Source of the DNA: Paraspadella gotoi
Lineage: Eukaryota; Animalia; Chaetognatha
Assembly: GCA_051294375.1 (NCBI GenBank)
Contig: CM119268.1
Location: 8,365,008 to 8,429,007 of the forward strand
Direction: 5' to 3'
Length of the DNA: 64,000 nucleotides
The notes beneath the pieces are model-generated. The model saw only the letters and a list, made by a program, of their open reading frames with translations, did not search any database and was not told the origin of the DNA. Each line of letters opens with the position of its first letter. Positions within the stretch are counted from its first letter, which is position 1. This document shows positions 51,291-64,000 of this stretch, in pieces. The position numbers and the translations under genes were made by a program.

Positions 51291-53475
51291 CAGAAAGAAC
51301 AAACAAACATAAGAAACAGTAATAACAATTTTAAAGAATGAATACGCGATATTAAAAATGTTACTATTAAACAACGAATTCATTCCGTTTGAGAATAGTA
51401 ATAAAGCTGATTTCCCGAGTGACATCAATTCATTTAGTAGCGCGTATTCATTAAGAATATAAACTTAAATCCACTCCAACCCACGAGTCACATCTCCAAA
51501 ACAACGTTTTACTCTTCTCCATCCTTCATCCATGCCTCACCCACCAAGCACCGCCACAGGCGCCCCCTCCCCCACTACTCCGCCGTTCCGCGCTGCGCCA
51601 AAGCAGGCGAGCCTGGTTTCGGAATTTTTGATAGCTTGTCAACAAAGAGACGACGGACAAAGTTTTGTAAACATTGGCAAATGACCGTAAATAATCGGTG
51701 GGGTTCCCCTGGTCGCGAAACACCCCGAAAAGGCACGTCGGGGAAAGAAAGTATATATTTCGCTGTGATGTTCGTTGATTTAAATATTTTGCTATTGTTA
51801 AGAAAAAAAAAACACCAAGTGTTTCAATGTTTATGTTACGTATGAAAAACTAAAGAAAAAGGTTAACCTGAGAAGAGGAAGTGTGGCAGTTATTACATTT
51901 TATTACATTTTATTACAATTTTATACATTTATTAACCAATCCAGGTTAGCAGAGGCCATAAACAGCTTCAACGACAACTGCGCAATTAACTGTGTATCCA
52001 AAAAATTTATACGTATCTTATGCTATTATGCAATATTTTGTGAAGGCTTCAGTGCAGTCAAGACAATAATAAATAAACTAATTTAGAATTTTACGGGTAG
52101 AAATCAAAAGACAAAAGAAAAAGAACGCTATATCATTCAAGAGTTTTTAAAATCTGTCTTTATGGGTGCACACCCTAACTTGTTATTTTAAGAAAGTAAG
52201 AAAAATATTATTCTCCATATTCGACAACCGCCGGTGTGGACTTACGGACCGCGGTGACCAGTGGGAGCGTGCTCGCGCATAATCTTAAAGTTAAGGCTTC
52301 CTGGAATCTTGTAGACGAATATAATCTCATGAGGAATGAAAATTCAAACGAAAATAATGGTGATTAGAAGATCCATTCTTTTAAAATAGCGTGAAGCGAT
52401 TTGTCTATAAAATAGTACAGCCTCCGATTTGTAATCTAATCGTTTAGGGAGTTTTTTTGAGAAAAGCGTCTTGGCCGTCGTTGCAAGATTTACGTATTCA
52501 ATTAAACAACATTTATTTCGCCATCTCCGTTTTCCATAGTTGTCAGCAAGGAAACTAAAATAAACATCGAATTCCAGCGGATTATGTCGAAGCTCGCGAT
52601 CAATGTTATTAATGGTTTATGTTAATCGGCGGCGACTTTTTTTAACTGCATCTCTCTGCACGAACGGATATGGCATTTTTAAAAAGAGAAAGATGAAAGG
52701 GGGAAAAAATTATAAGGGGCCAAAAGAAATAAAGAGAAGAAGAGCAAGAAAAAAAAGAAGAGAAAAGAAACGAAAAGAAAACATGTTGATTCCGGTGAGA
52801 CGTTCAATTTATTTTTAAAATACAGGATTGAAATGGATCCTGACGTTTGCAACGTTATTAATGTTATTATTGAATACACAGTGGTACCAAGAATGTAAAA
52901 ACTTGTTTCATATCGTCTACTCATCCTTTGGAAGGATCCTTGGGAAGGTAAATACTTCATAAAAATGAGTACCTGACATGAACGAACATGAGTAAATGAC
53001 CAATGAAATAATTGTTAAAACAAATTTTTAAAGAATATATTATTAAGTACAAATTATCGAGGGGATTAGTAATCTTCCTATGGGGAGTAGGTTTAAAGTC
53101 ACGAACCCTGTATGTAATATGTTTAAATTTTGACTAGTTTATGCTTGATTTTCCATGTTTAATTAAGTCAAATCAATTATGGTCCAAAACATATCCAAAT
53201 TTCAAGCAAAAGACGTCATGTTGTAAAATGGCATTTTTAATCACAATGCAAACAAAACATTTTTAAAATACATACAACTTTATATTTGCGGATGCAGAAT
53301 CGTATTTAATCCAAATTAAATCGCGCGTTAATTTTTACAAAGGGGCAGTTAAAACTTCTGTGTCTTTTAACGAAATGAAATAAAATAATACGAAACCAGA
53401 GAACGACTTCAGTGAATCATGGATTTCCGCAAAAACGGGATTTCACTTTCTCTTTCTGTTCTTCTCTCTTCTCTA

Positions 53476-53524
<49 letters not shown>

Positions 53525-54781
53525 GCTCTCTCTCTCTCTCTCTCCATCTCTCTCTCTCTATTGTTGATCCTATTAAAAAAATTCTACCTCCCACTAAAAT
53601 TCGAATAGGCTTTGTCGGAAAGATTTCGAAAAGTTTTTGAACTGCCTTTTGGAAAGGTTTTACAAACATGTTTAGGATAATAACTCTATCCGATTTTGCA
53701 ATTTGTTATCTTTTCAAGCCTGCTCTCTCTCTCTCTCCTGCTTCTCTCTGCCCTCTCTCTCTCTCTTCTCGTCTCTCTCATCTCTCTCTCCTCTCTCCGA
53801 CAGAAATTTAAAAACTTCTTAATTAGGGTAGTAACAGACAAGAGTATTTTGGTAGCATCGTAACGAAAAGATCATAAATTGAAACTCGCCTAATCAATGG
53901 ACCTAAATTGAAAAAAGCCGCAAGAGGGCCGTTCCTCTCTCCCCCTTTCTATCTCTGCGCCCCCTCTCTCTCTCTCTCTCGTCTCTCTCTGCTCTCAGTC
54001 TCCTGCTGCTCTCTCTCTCTCGTCTCTCATCGTCTCTCTCTCGTCTCCTCTCCTCTTATCTTCATCCAAAACGGCCCATGTCTAATAAACCGTTTCGAAT
54101 GTGGGACAAGAACACAAGGTCGTCCGAGACGGCGACGTCGACGACGATGACGACGATGACGACGACGATGCGACGATGCGAGACACGAAAACTGACTTTT
54201 TTTGGGGCAAAAGTTCTCCTGGTGCCCTCGATGCCGCCAGTCTAAGTCCTCCTCGTCCAGGCCTGCTAACCGATTTTTGGCTTCTTTTTTTTGTTATTCG
54301 ATATATTTTATTTTTGTTTTAACCGTAATCTTCGCGAATTGGATTCACGACGATGCATCTCGAAGAAATGGATTTTAAACTGTTTAATAGCTAAACAAAT
54401 TTACTAATATTTTAAAAATCTTTTAAAGTTGTTACCTGTTCTCGGCTTCCTGAGAACAATTGTACAATAACATAAAACCTAGAAATATAAAAGCATTATT
54501 TTTGAAGGATGTTGAACATTAAAAGTTCAATATAATTTTTTTCTTTAAATTGTATTTGTTAATTTTCCTACTTTTTTCTCTTCAACTCGGAAAAAACTTC
54601 GCCCAAGAATTGTTTTATTCATAGCTGACTACACAATCAAATTGCAACAAAAAAGGTTAAATTGAGCTGCTTGGGTTTCTGGTCAGAAAAAAATCAGGAT
54701 TGGATTTGGTAAAAAGTAGAACTAAAATCCCTCGAGGCCAAGAGGAAGCTCTCCACAGATACAGTCTAGATTTGGCATCCC

Positions 54782-54864
<83 letters not shown>

Positions 54865-55340
54865 AGTCGCAAAGGAGACGAAGAAGAATAGGAAGTCATC
54901 ATGCAAGGACGGCAGAAATCAAAGAGTAAGAGAGAACTGGGAAAAAGAGAGGGAGGCGGGAAAGGAAGAGGGGGAAAAAAGAGAGAGGGTTTAAAGGAAG
55001 TTAAGGGGTGTTCCTATATATAGAATATATAGAACTAAACTATACATAACTAATAATAATTTTTTTCAAAATTTTTTTTTTAGAAAATTGTGAGAGAAGT
55101 ACATTTAATAGAATTTCACGCAAAATAAAAAACGAAAGATTGTAATACATATATAATTCATTTTGAACCCTATCTTAGTAAGCTTTCTAAGTCTTTTGTA
55201 AACTAGAAATACAGACGTACAGAGCAAAAACTGACGAAGCCGGTGTCTCTGTACCGGCGACTAAAAAGTCCTTGAAAGAAGGAAAAAAGTAGCGATCATA
55301 AAATCTCCTTGTTTTCATTATTGACGACAGAGATAAAAAC
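47183..55340 (+). repeat. Second copy of segment 37378-47182 (near-tandem ~8 kb duplication, indel-rich; probable assembly artefact)
   Basis: Starts TGTCCCG(G)CCACA...TGATTGCCTGACTC as at 37378 and ends GACGACAGAGATAAAAAC as at 47182. It is colinear throughout and includes a frameshifted protease exon 1 (~47600-47823), the HINE and the MITE. Confidence 0.85.
47600..47823 (-). pseudogene. Frameshifted duplicate of polyprotease exon 1 (likely artefactual)
   Basis: Near-identical to 37799-38039 but with multiple 1-nt indels; lies inside the 47183-55340 duplication. Confidence 0.5.
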
Positions 55341-55591
55341 AAATTTTTTTTTTCTTCTAATGCTTATCATTCTTTAAGTTTTAGTACGAATATAATTCTG
55401 TTGACGTTCCCTGCTATATTTCGTTATATCTTGATATAGTTTGTTGTATTTCGCTCTATTTCTCAATATCCACGAACTAAACGTATATAAACGTTATGAT
55501 ATTGGGTATGCGTGCTCCCTTTGAGAATTCAGAAATACGAACATTAGTAATAGTATGAATACCGTTTGTTATTGATCCTCAAACCAGTTTC

Positions 55592-55626
<35 letters not shown>

Positions 55627-55884
55627 CTCTCAACCCTTTTTCTTCTCTCTCTCTCCCNNNNNNNNNNNNNNNNNNNNNNNNNCATTTTGTTAATGCGTGC
55701 CCCAAACCAAGTAGCCCATTTCCGATGCATTCCACAATTTCGTACTACCATAATTATCGTCGTCATTCGTCAATATCATCGTCATCGTAATCATGACGCC
55801 GAAATCGATCATGTTGTTTTTGTTTCTTGTGTTTTCTCGATTCAAAAATGGCGAGCGTCAGTGTCGAGGTCGTTGTCGTAATCG

Positions 55885-55920
<36 letters not shown>

Positions 55921-56896
55921 GGATGTCCCAGGCACGAATCCCACCCCGAGAGATTCCGAGTAGCTTTTCTATCCTTTCTGTTTCGTTAAAATCCATGTAA
56001 AAGTCGTGAGAGAGAATAGAAATATTATTGATAAATGATTGGTATCAGAATCTAAAATGAAAAATTAACTTGGTTCAAAATTCTTTTGACACATAGTTCT
56101 GCGCTTGCAAAAAAAAAAAAATCGCAAAAAGTGTTTTTCAAGTATCAAAACGATTATTATTTCGGAACTGGGCAAAATGCAAATGAGAAATTAGCCTTTT
56201 TTCTTTGGCGCGATGCAAAACATAAAAATAAAAAGTTAAAACATTATAATTTATTATATATATATATGTAGTATGTGGTTCGTTAAGCAGTCGCTGCAGT
56301 CGCTCACCTCTCTTGTTAGTAATGATTACAAAACAAAGTAATAAATAAAAGCTCGCAGAATTCCTCAAATTCTTAAGACGGTATTAAGTGAAAAAGTTAG
56401 ATTTTTTATTTTCCATAGAAAAACGGACACGTGTCAAGCCTTCATCAGCGTTTGACAATTTGTGACGGTATTATATATTTCAATTAATTTAATCGGGACG
56501 GTATTATATATTTCAATTAATTTTACCTTTTTTTTTTTAAACGGAAAATCATCGGCCCTGCCAAAAACCATCCACAAAATCTTTAAAATCTCATCCTCAT
56601 TCTAAGCATTCCTACGCATGTCTTTTCGATGTCTGTTTCAATCCCCTCGAAAAACTATAGTCTCGTTCGTTTTCGATAATGAGGCTTTTTTTTTTCCTAA
56701 AAGACGCATCGCGTCGTCATGGAAACGCATTTAACACATCTTTTTTTTTCGCTCGAGGGGTCGCGAGATTTCTGCCGGGTCAAAAAAAAATAAGATACAA
56801 ATGAGTAAAAATGAGTAAAACGAGAGAAAAGGAGGAAAAAAATCATTGGAAAAAGAGAAAAACAGCAGTTGGAAACTTTGAAAAATTTCTAAAAAC

Positions 56897-57003
<107 letters not shown>

Positions 57004-57190
57004 ACATCTGATAGGGGACGGTCCCTTTTTTGTGGGCGCACGCGAATTTAACCAGTTCCGTTTTTTGATTTGTTTCTCAGTTCTTCATATCATTTTTCGG
57101 ATGTTTTAGCTTTTGAATTTCTTTTTCTCTAGTTTCGTGGTTTCCTGTATCGCTCATTCTTACTTCTTGTCGGTTTTACTTTCATTAATT

Positions 57191-57248
<58 letters not shown>

Positions 57249-57299
57249 AAAACCAACCAGGAAGGACACAAAGAACCCGAAACGAAGTCTTAAAACTTG

Positions 57300-59654
57300 A
57301 TGGAAAATATCTCCACGTCTCTGTCGGCGAAATCCGTTTCGACTATACATCGCCAATTCGTTGCCACGCCCATTTTCAAGCAGATAAAGCGGTGAGTTCA
57401 CTCCGAGACGACAAAATATTTATGAGATCCATTCAATGTTTATATGATCTATCATACAAACATTTACAAATACGCCTAACCTCCCCTGTTCCCTTTTGTT
57501 TTTAGCGACTCTCGACGCCGTGCCTTTAAGCGAATCCTCCCACGCCTTTCAACCGAAACGCCATCTTCGGCGGCTGACGCCGTCGCCGCCGCCGCATCAG
57601 CCGGCCTTACCTCACCGCCGCCTCAAAGCCTAACGCTTTCACACGCTATTCGCCCCGACTCATACTTCACTGTCCCCGCGGTGAGGCGGTTCTGGTCGGA
57701 TCGGATCGACTCCGTGAGATACCGACCTTTGGAGTGAGTTCATGCGACCAATTTTGATATTTTAGAAGAAGATCATTGGGGGGGACTTTTTACCGGCTAA
57801 TTCGGTCTTGATTTTACCAAAAGTTTTAGCTTAAAATAACAGTGCTTTAAAAATGTAAAGGCTTGTGTATCTTAATCGGCACAAACTCTTTTATATTTTC
57901 AGAAATTATTAGTACTCTGAATACATACTACAAAGTTAATATTAATTTTAATTCGTTTTTTATGTATGTTAATTTGTTTTGCTGCAGATTTTTACGTCCT
58001 ACGTATCGTCGAGTTCCCTCTGGAAGGAGATCTTCCATTAAACGTATTTCGAGTAAGTTTGTGGACAAGGCGTTTTAAAATTGGGTTGATCCCGGTGCCG
58101 AGCGGAAGGCATCGATTCAAAACTGAGGATATCATATTTAAACGCGGGGTAAACCAAGGCAATAAAAGCTACACGTTTACATATAAATTTTTGGTTTTTC
58201 AATCGCAGAAACTTCGTCTCTTCATCGAATTCGTTTTGACGACGATATCGAAGACGACGACAACGACGACAACGACGAAGACGACGACAGCGACGACGCC
58301 GATATCCAACGAGACATCTTCGACACTGCGATCGAAGATGTCGCCTCTAACGGCGCCAAAACGGAAGTGAGACAGAAGCAGAAACAAAGACAAAAGATCG
58401 ACAAATCGACTCAAACCCAAAATCGACGGAGAACGAAGAAACTTAAATCGGCCGACGAAGACGACAGAAAAGAAGCCGAACGGACAGACGCTGCCGCCGC
58501 CGCCCGCGCAGCCGCCGCCCCAGACACCACCGGGCGCCTCGGATCCACGCTCTCTCCCTCCATCTTCCCGTCCGCATTCATCGAGGGTCGCGTCGGTGTC
58601 TCCGCCCCCAAGAAGATCGTCGCGGATTCGAAGGGAATCTCCAAGTCTTCGTCAACGTCGTCGTCGTCGCCTTCGACCAGCGAATCCACAAAAGCGAAGA
58701 GACGACTTCGTGACGAAGGCGAAAGAGAAGTCTCGAGGACGTCCGCTCCAAAGGCGTCCGCTTCCAAGGCAACCGCTTCCAAGGCGTCCGCTTCAAGGTC
58801 GAACAATTCGGCGTCTGTCCGGTCGAACCGTAGTTTTCCTGTCGATTCCTTTTCACGAACCGGAACTCCAGATCGAAATCCAGTTCGGGCTTCGTCTCGC
58901 TCTCCCACTCGCTCGCCTACTCGTTCTCCTACTCGCTCTCCATCTCGATCTCCAATTAGGTCGCCAATTCGTTCTCCGACTCGTTCTCCCACTCGTTCTC
59001 CCACCCGTTCTCCGACACGTTCCGCCACTCGCTCCCCCACTCGATCCCACGCGGCGACACCTCACCTCGTCTCTCTTTCTCCCCGACGTCAGTTTCGCGA
59101 GGTAGCGCTGACTTCGCCGCGCCCACCACTCACGGAGAAGCAAATCAGAGATTTCAGGTTATTTTTTTCCATTTCTTTTTTCTTTTTTTTTTTCACGTGA
59201 GCGTTTTTAATGTTTTTTGTTGTTCTTAAAGGTTTTAGGCTAAAATGGTTTTAAACTTATAAACTAGATTTTTTTTCTCGGAGGATAGATATTTTTGTAA
59301 TTTCGAATTGATTGTATCATTGTTGATATTTTCGCAGCGGTCGATTTTCAACAAAAAAAGAAAGTTCGCCTTTGCTCATCGAGGGGGAAAATCACATGGC
59401 CACAACGAGTAAGATTTCATAATATTGAAACGTTTTTAAACATCATTTCCTTCAACATTCTCAATAAATGTTATTGTTATTGTTATTGTTATTGTTATTG
59501 TTAAGAACAACTTTTAACATTTTCATAATTGTGGATTCTTTGAAAAAGTTTTCTTGGCAAGTCCTTTGTTTTTTTGTTTTTTTACTTGTCTCCGATAGAG
59601 GACGGAATCTTCTATGAAATTTTTTCAACAAAAGCAGTTTATTTCTTCAAATAA
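57300..59654 (+). CDS. Putative low-complexity protein (~486 aa) with an acidic tract and (RSPT)n repeats; no recognised family
   Basis: ATG at 57300 with an in-frame TAA at 57291. Candidate exons 57300-57391, 57506-57733, 57988-58052, 58209-59157, 59338-59408 and 59599-59654 are all GT-AG, phase-compatible and free of stops; AATAAA lies near 59677. The last exon is the least certain. Confidence 0.55.
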
Positions 59655-60289
59655 GTACTGATTACAATTTTTTTTAAATAAAATCAGTTGGATTGTAAGG
59701 ATTACAATAATTAAAGTCAATTAAAAAATAGGAAATTAAAAAATAAATGCAAATGCTCCTTTTATATTTATCAATGATCATAGCTCCAAAAGAGGCCGTT
59801 AAGGTAAGTTGATCAAAATAAAAAAAAACAACACAGAGGCAAATTATGCCGCACTACGTAAAGAATTCCACTAGTCAGCGCACCTTTGGCACATTTAACA
59901 TTATTCACTTTTCGAGCCTTTAAATTAAAGTTTAAAGTTTAATTAAATAAGCAAACAAACGTCCAAAATAAAGAAAATTAAATATTCTTTCTCCGCCCCT
60001 CGCGATCGTCGTATTCGTTTTCATGCTTTTAATGTCCGCCGAAAATCAAAAATATACCGAAACCCTTTTAAAAATCAAAGGGATCGTTCCGATACACCCG
60101 GTATTATCGACATGAAAAGCGAGCACCCTTTCGCGGATACCACTGTAGGGCGAGAGACCAATTTTTCTCCATTGGCCACGCCCTTTTTTTTTATGCCCAT
60201 TTCCAGCCCCTAATTCCGCCCTCGTAGGGCAATCAAGAGCCGACATCGTTTTTGATCCTAAGATATGAAACCCAAACAAACATTTTTTT

Positions 60290-60670
60290 TCCTTTAATTT
60301 AATTTCCAATTCAATCATAATTCAAATATCTCTTTCCACTCGTCTTTAATCTTTAATCTTTAATTTCCCATTCAATCATAATTCAAATATTCTTTCCACT
60401 TGTCTTTAATCTTTAATCTTTAATTTCCCATTCAATCATAATTCAAATATATCTTTCCACTTGTCTTTAATCTTTAATCTTTAATTTCCCATTTTTCAAT
60501 CATAATTCAAATATATCTTTCCACTTTGTCTTTAATCTTTATGCTTAATCTTTAATTTCAAAATTCAATCATAATTTCAAATATCTCTTTCCACTTGTCT
60601 TTAATCTTTAATCTTTAATCTTTAATTTCCCATTCAATCATAATTCAAATATATCTTTCCCACTTGTCTT
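60290..60670 (+). repeat. ~60-bp minisatellite, about 6 copies
   Basis: Unit TTCAATCATAATTCAAATATATCTTTCCACTTGTCTTTAATCTTTAATCTTTAATTTCCCA. Confidence 0.88.
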
Positions 60671-60928
60671 ACCTCACTCATTGTCGTTTCCTTTAACTCT
60701 CCTTCCATCCCTCGTTCTTTTTTCTTTTCTTTCTACACTCCTCTGGAGAAGGCATGATTCTTCTCCCCCACCCTGCATTCTTTCTTCCCTTCCTTTTCTT
60801 TCTTTCTTCTTTCTTTTCATCTATCCACCCTACCTTGCCTCTCTATCGCCAGCCATCGCATTCTCTGATTAAACTCGATCGATTCATAGCAAAAAAACCA
60901 ATCTTCCGTAAACGATCCTTCCTTCATT

Positions 60929-60993
<65 letters not shown>

Positions 60994-62175
60994 AGAAGAA
61001 GAGAGAGAAGAGACATGCATTTTGCCGCCAGAGTCGGAGGGGAAACTGTAAAACAGAGAGTTCATGATGACTCCTTCGTCTGGAAGTAATTTACTCCCAT
61101 AAAATTTCTATGGTGTCGTGCTTCCTTTTCCCGACAACCTCTCTCCCTCCCTCTCCCCCCCCCCCAAACTCCCCCCTTCTTTCGACGAGCGCATCCACTT
61201 CCTCTTCCTCCTCCTTCTCCTCGCCGCCGGATAACTTACCCGGGGCCTTGGCCCCTTACCTGCGGGCGGGGCGATTTAAAAATTCGCGGATTCGAATAAT
61301 TAACCTTTTGGCCTTTAAAAAAAAAAGCATTTCATAATTATTTTCTGCGTTTTCTGCATTCTGTCAATCAATGTCAACCGCATTTTTTTTTTATTGATTT
61401 ATCTCGGGTCAATTTACGTGTTTTCATTTTTACAAAATTGTTCAAAAAACTTTGAAAATGAATCATTTTTTTCAAAAAGTTTTTCTTTTTATAATTATAA
61501 ACTATAAAAAATGAAATGAAATAATCTACAGCTTTTTTTTGGTTTTTTTGTTTTGTTTTTCTTCTCAAAATCAAAACGAGAAATAATCCGAAATAGAATT
61601 GCTTAAGAGTAATACAATTTAAAAGAAACGCGATCGGTAATTACGACTATATAGTATAAACAATAAATCATACAAATAAATAAACGTTATGGGGCCTCTT
61701 TTAGTATATAATATCTTCGGTTCTTTTATTATTAACTTTTCTTATGCCTTGACTTTTGTTCGGCTTCTCATTCGTCATTTTTCGGTTTTTCTGTTTTTCT
61801 TTTTCCAAAGACGATTAATTAAATGGAAGCGACGAATATGAGAGATGTGCCACAGACGCCTTGGCTGCCTTCATTAATAATATTTTTTAATGTTTAAATC
61901 TTTGCCGACAAAGAGGGAATCGTTTAGAATAAAACCTAGAAGTAGGAAGGTCACATTTGCTGATTAACCAGATGATGTACTATGTACTTTTATTGATAAT
62001 ATTTATAAGTTTATTAAATGATATTGACGATAAGGTCAGCCATAACGGGGACATTCTGTTTGGATACGAACGGTCATTCTTACTGACCACGACGGGTCAC
62101 AAAATACAAAGACTTCGTCGTCGTCTTTGTTCAAATCATTTGAGCTCCCAAAGTATTGATGATAATAATAATAAT

Positions 62176-62273
<98 letters not shown>

Positions 62274-63177
62274 TAATAATAATAATAATAATAGTAAAAA
62301 TAAATAATAATATTAAATTATTAAAGAAAATAAGATGATAATTGAAATGGTTCTACGATGCTTTTTTTTTTCTAATTCTAATCCTTCCGGCGTTAGGTCC
62401 CCATGTTCGTGCACCATAAATCTTCTTCTTCGACACCCGCCCGTAATTTATGTGACCGAGCAAGAAAAGTTTAAGAATAACAAATTGGTTTTTCGAAAAA
62501 ATGCTATTTCTTTTTCTTAGTCATTGGATAATGTGTTTTTCTAATCCTTGGATCCCACACAAATCCATCGAAAAGGCTCTCGACACGTCAATAATTTTTC
62601 CTATATTCCTTTTGTTTTAATGTTACTTCTAATGTTTTTCATATTACGAACAAGTTGGTCGAATTAAAAATCCATTACAGACTTTTTGCAAGAAACGTAT
62701 TCTGCTTGTTACATTTTTCGCCTCAACCAGGAATGATTTCCTCACTTTCTTATTTTCTCTCTTTTTTTTTTTTTATACATCGTAATTCTATAGACGTCTT
62801 CGTCGGAGTTGTCGTCGTCAGCGTCGCCGTCGTCGTTTGTTCCTTTATTCGTCTTTGGCGGCTTGCTACGCCATCTTCGTCGATATCTTTGTCTCTTTTG
62901 TCGTCGCCATCATCGTCGTCACTGTCATTCTTTGTCCATAAGTCGTACTTATTTGACGATTTTAATACTATCTTTGTCTTCTCTGTCATCAACGTCGTCT
63001 TTTTCGTCGTCATCGTCGTCATTGTCGTCGTCGTTGTCGATTTTCTCGGAATGGTTTCCTAACGTCTTTCGTGATGAGAATTTTTTGGAGAAAAAAAAAT
63101 AAGAAAAAAGTTTGGCTTCATAAGTTATTAATGAGACGAAATTCCTGTCAAGTTTTTCGCGCTTTTAAAGCAGAGGA

Positions 63178-63209
<32 letters not shown>

Positions 63210-64000
63210 AGAAGACCAGAAAGCAAAGAAAGAAAAAAAAAAGAAAAAGAAAATTACAACCACATTTTGTCATTCATCCTCAATCTAATTCGGACTAAAA
63301 ATTTTTTTTCTCAATTTTTCTTCAAACAAGTCTTTTGAAAAAAAAAAAACAACAAAATTCACGCGAAGATCAAGATGTCGCTTCTGTTCACGAATCGAAT
63401 CAAGAATTGAAGAGAAATAAACAAAAGATTTTTGTCTTCATCTTCGACGGCGCCATCTCTCGAGGCAAAAGAAGGACACCGACTCTTCGACGATGACGTC
63501 GCCGTTCGTCCGCGGCGCCACTTCGCGCACCACGATGCCGGCGTCGCGCGGCGCGTCCGTGGCTCCGTCGTATACGCGAGCGCCGCTTTACGTCAGCACC
63601 GGCGCCCATGGAGCGGAGATCAAGAGGTGAAAGTGTGCAATGCGTTTTTAAAATATAACAATAATAATAATACGTAACAATGAAATAATTAGCTTATTTT
63701 TCATTTGATCAACAGTTTTTCTCTGTACAACTTATTGCTACGTAATTCAATTAATAAAAAAAATGTTATTTGATTTACATAATTTACTCTCTCATTGTCG
63801 ACTCTCTATTGATCCGACATTAACACTTCCTTTACTTCACTTTAACCTCAGAAAACTTGGTACTTCTACCTCACCTTAGCCCCCCCCCCCCTTGTGATTA
63901 TTTCCTTCCAATTCTATCTTGACCTTGCACTGAGATTTGGGCTTGGGCTTGGGCACCGGCTTCGTCTCAGGCTTTTCTCCCCGTTAATCCCTTCTCAGCT

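Noticed and set aside
58411-59040. Minus-strand ORF with (GERV)n repeats
   Set aside because: Antisense shadow of the RSPT exon; the splice signals favour the plus strand.
62655-63680. GC-rich blocks and acidic or Arg-rich ORFs near the window end
   Set aside because: They may be exons of a neighbouring gene, but I could not establish a consistent frame, splice pattern or recognisable motif.

Overview
Intron-containing animal (probably invertebrate) genomic DNA, AT-rich and full of (CT/AG)n, (GAC)n and (AAT)n microsatellites, with four N-gaps. Most ORF-track entries are microsatellite read-throughs. Three spliced genes can be built by hand with GT-AG introns and consistent phases. (1) A 4-exon INSM1/nerfin-1/egl-46-family SNAG + zinc-finger gene on the minus strand (8055->4554, 924 aa). 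(2) A 13-exon, 2624-aa S1 (trypsin-fold) polyprotease on the minus strand (38039->20883): signal peptide, five tandem [A-domain + degenerate B-domain] units (10 domains), Pro/Thr stalk and hydrophobic C-terminal tail. Only one of the ten domains keeps an intact His/Asp/Ser triad; this is the most striking item in the window. (3) A less certain plus-strand low-complexity protein with RSPT repeats (57300->59654). The repeats include a DINE-1/HINE-like (Helentron non-autonomous) family, a TTAA-flanked Kolobok-like MITE inserted in one HINE copy, a tRNA-like element and several minisatellites. The 37.4-55.3 kb region is a near-tandem duplication with many single-base indels around N-gaps, most likely an assembly or gap-filling artefact.
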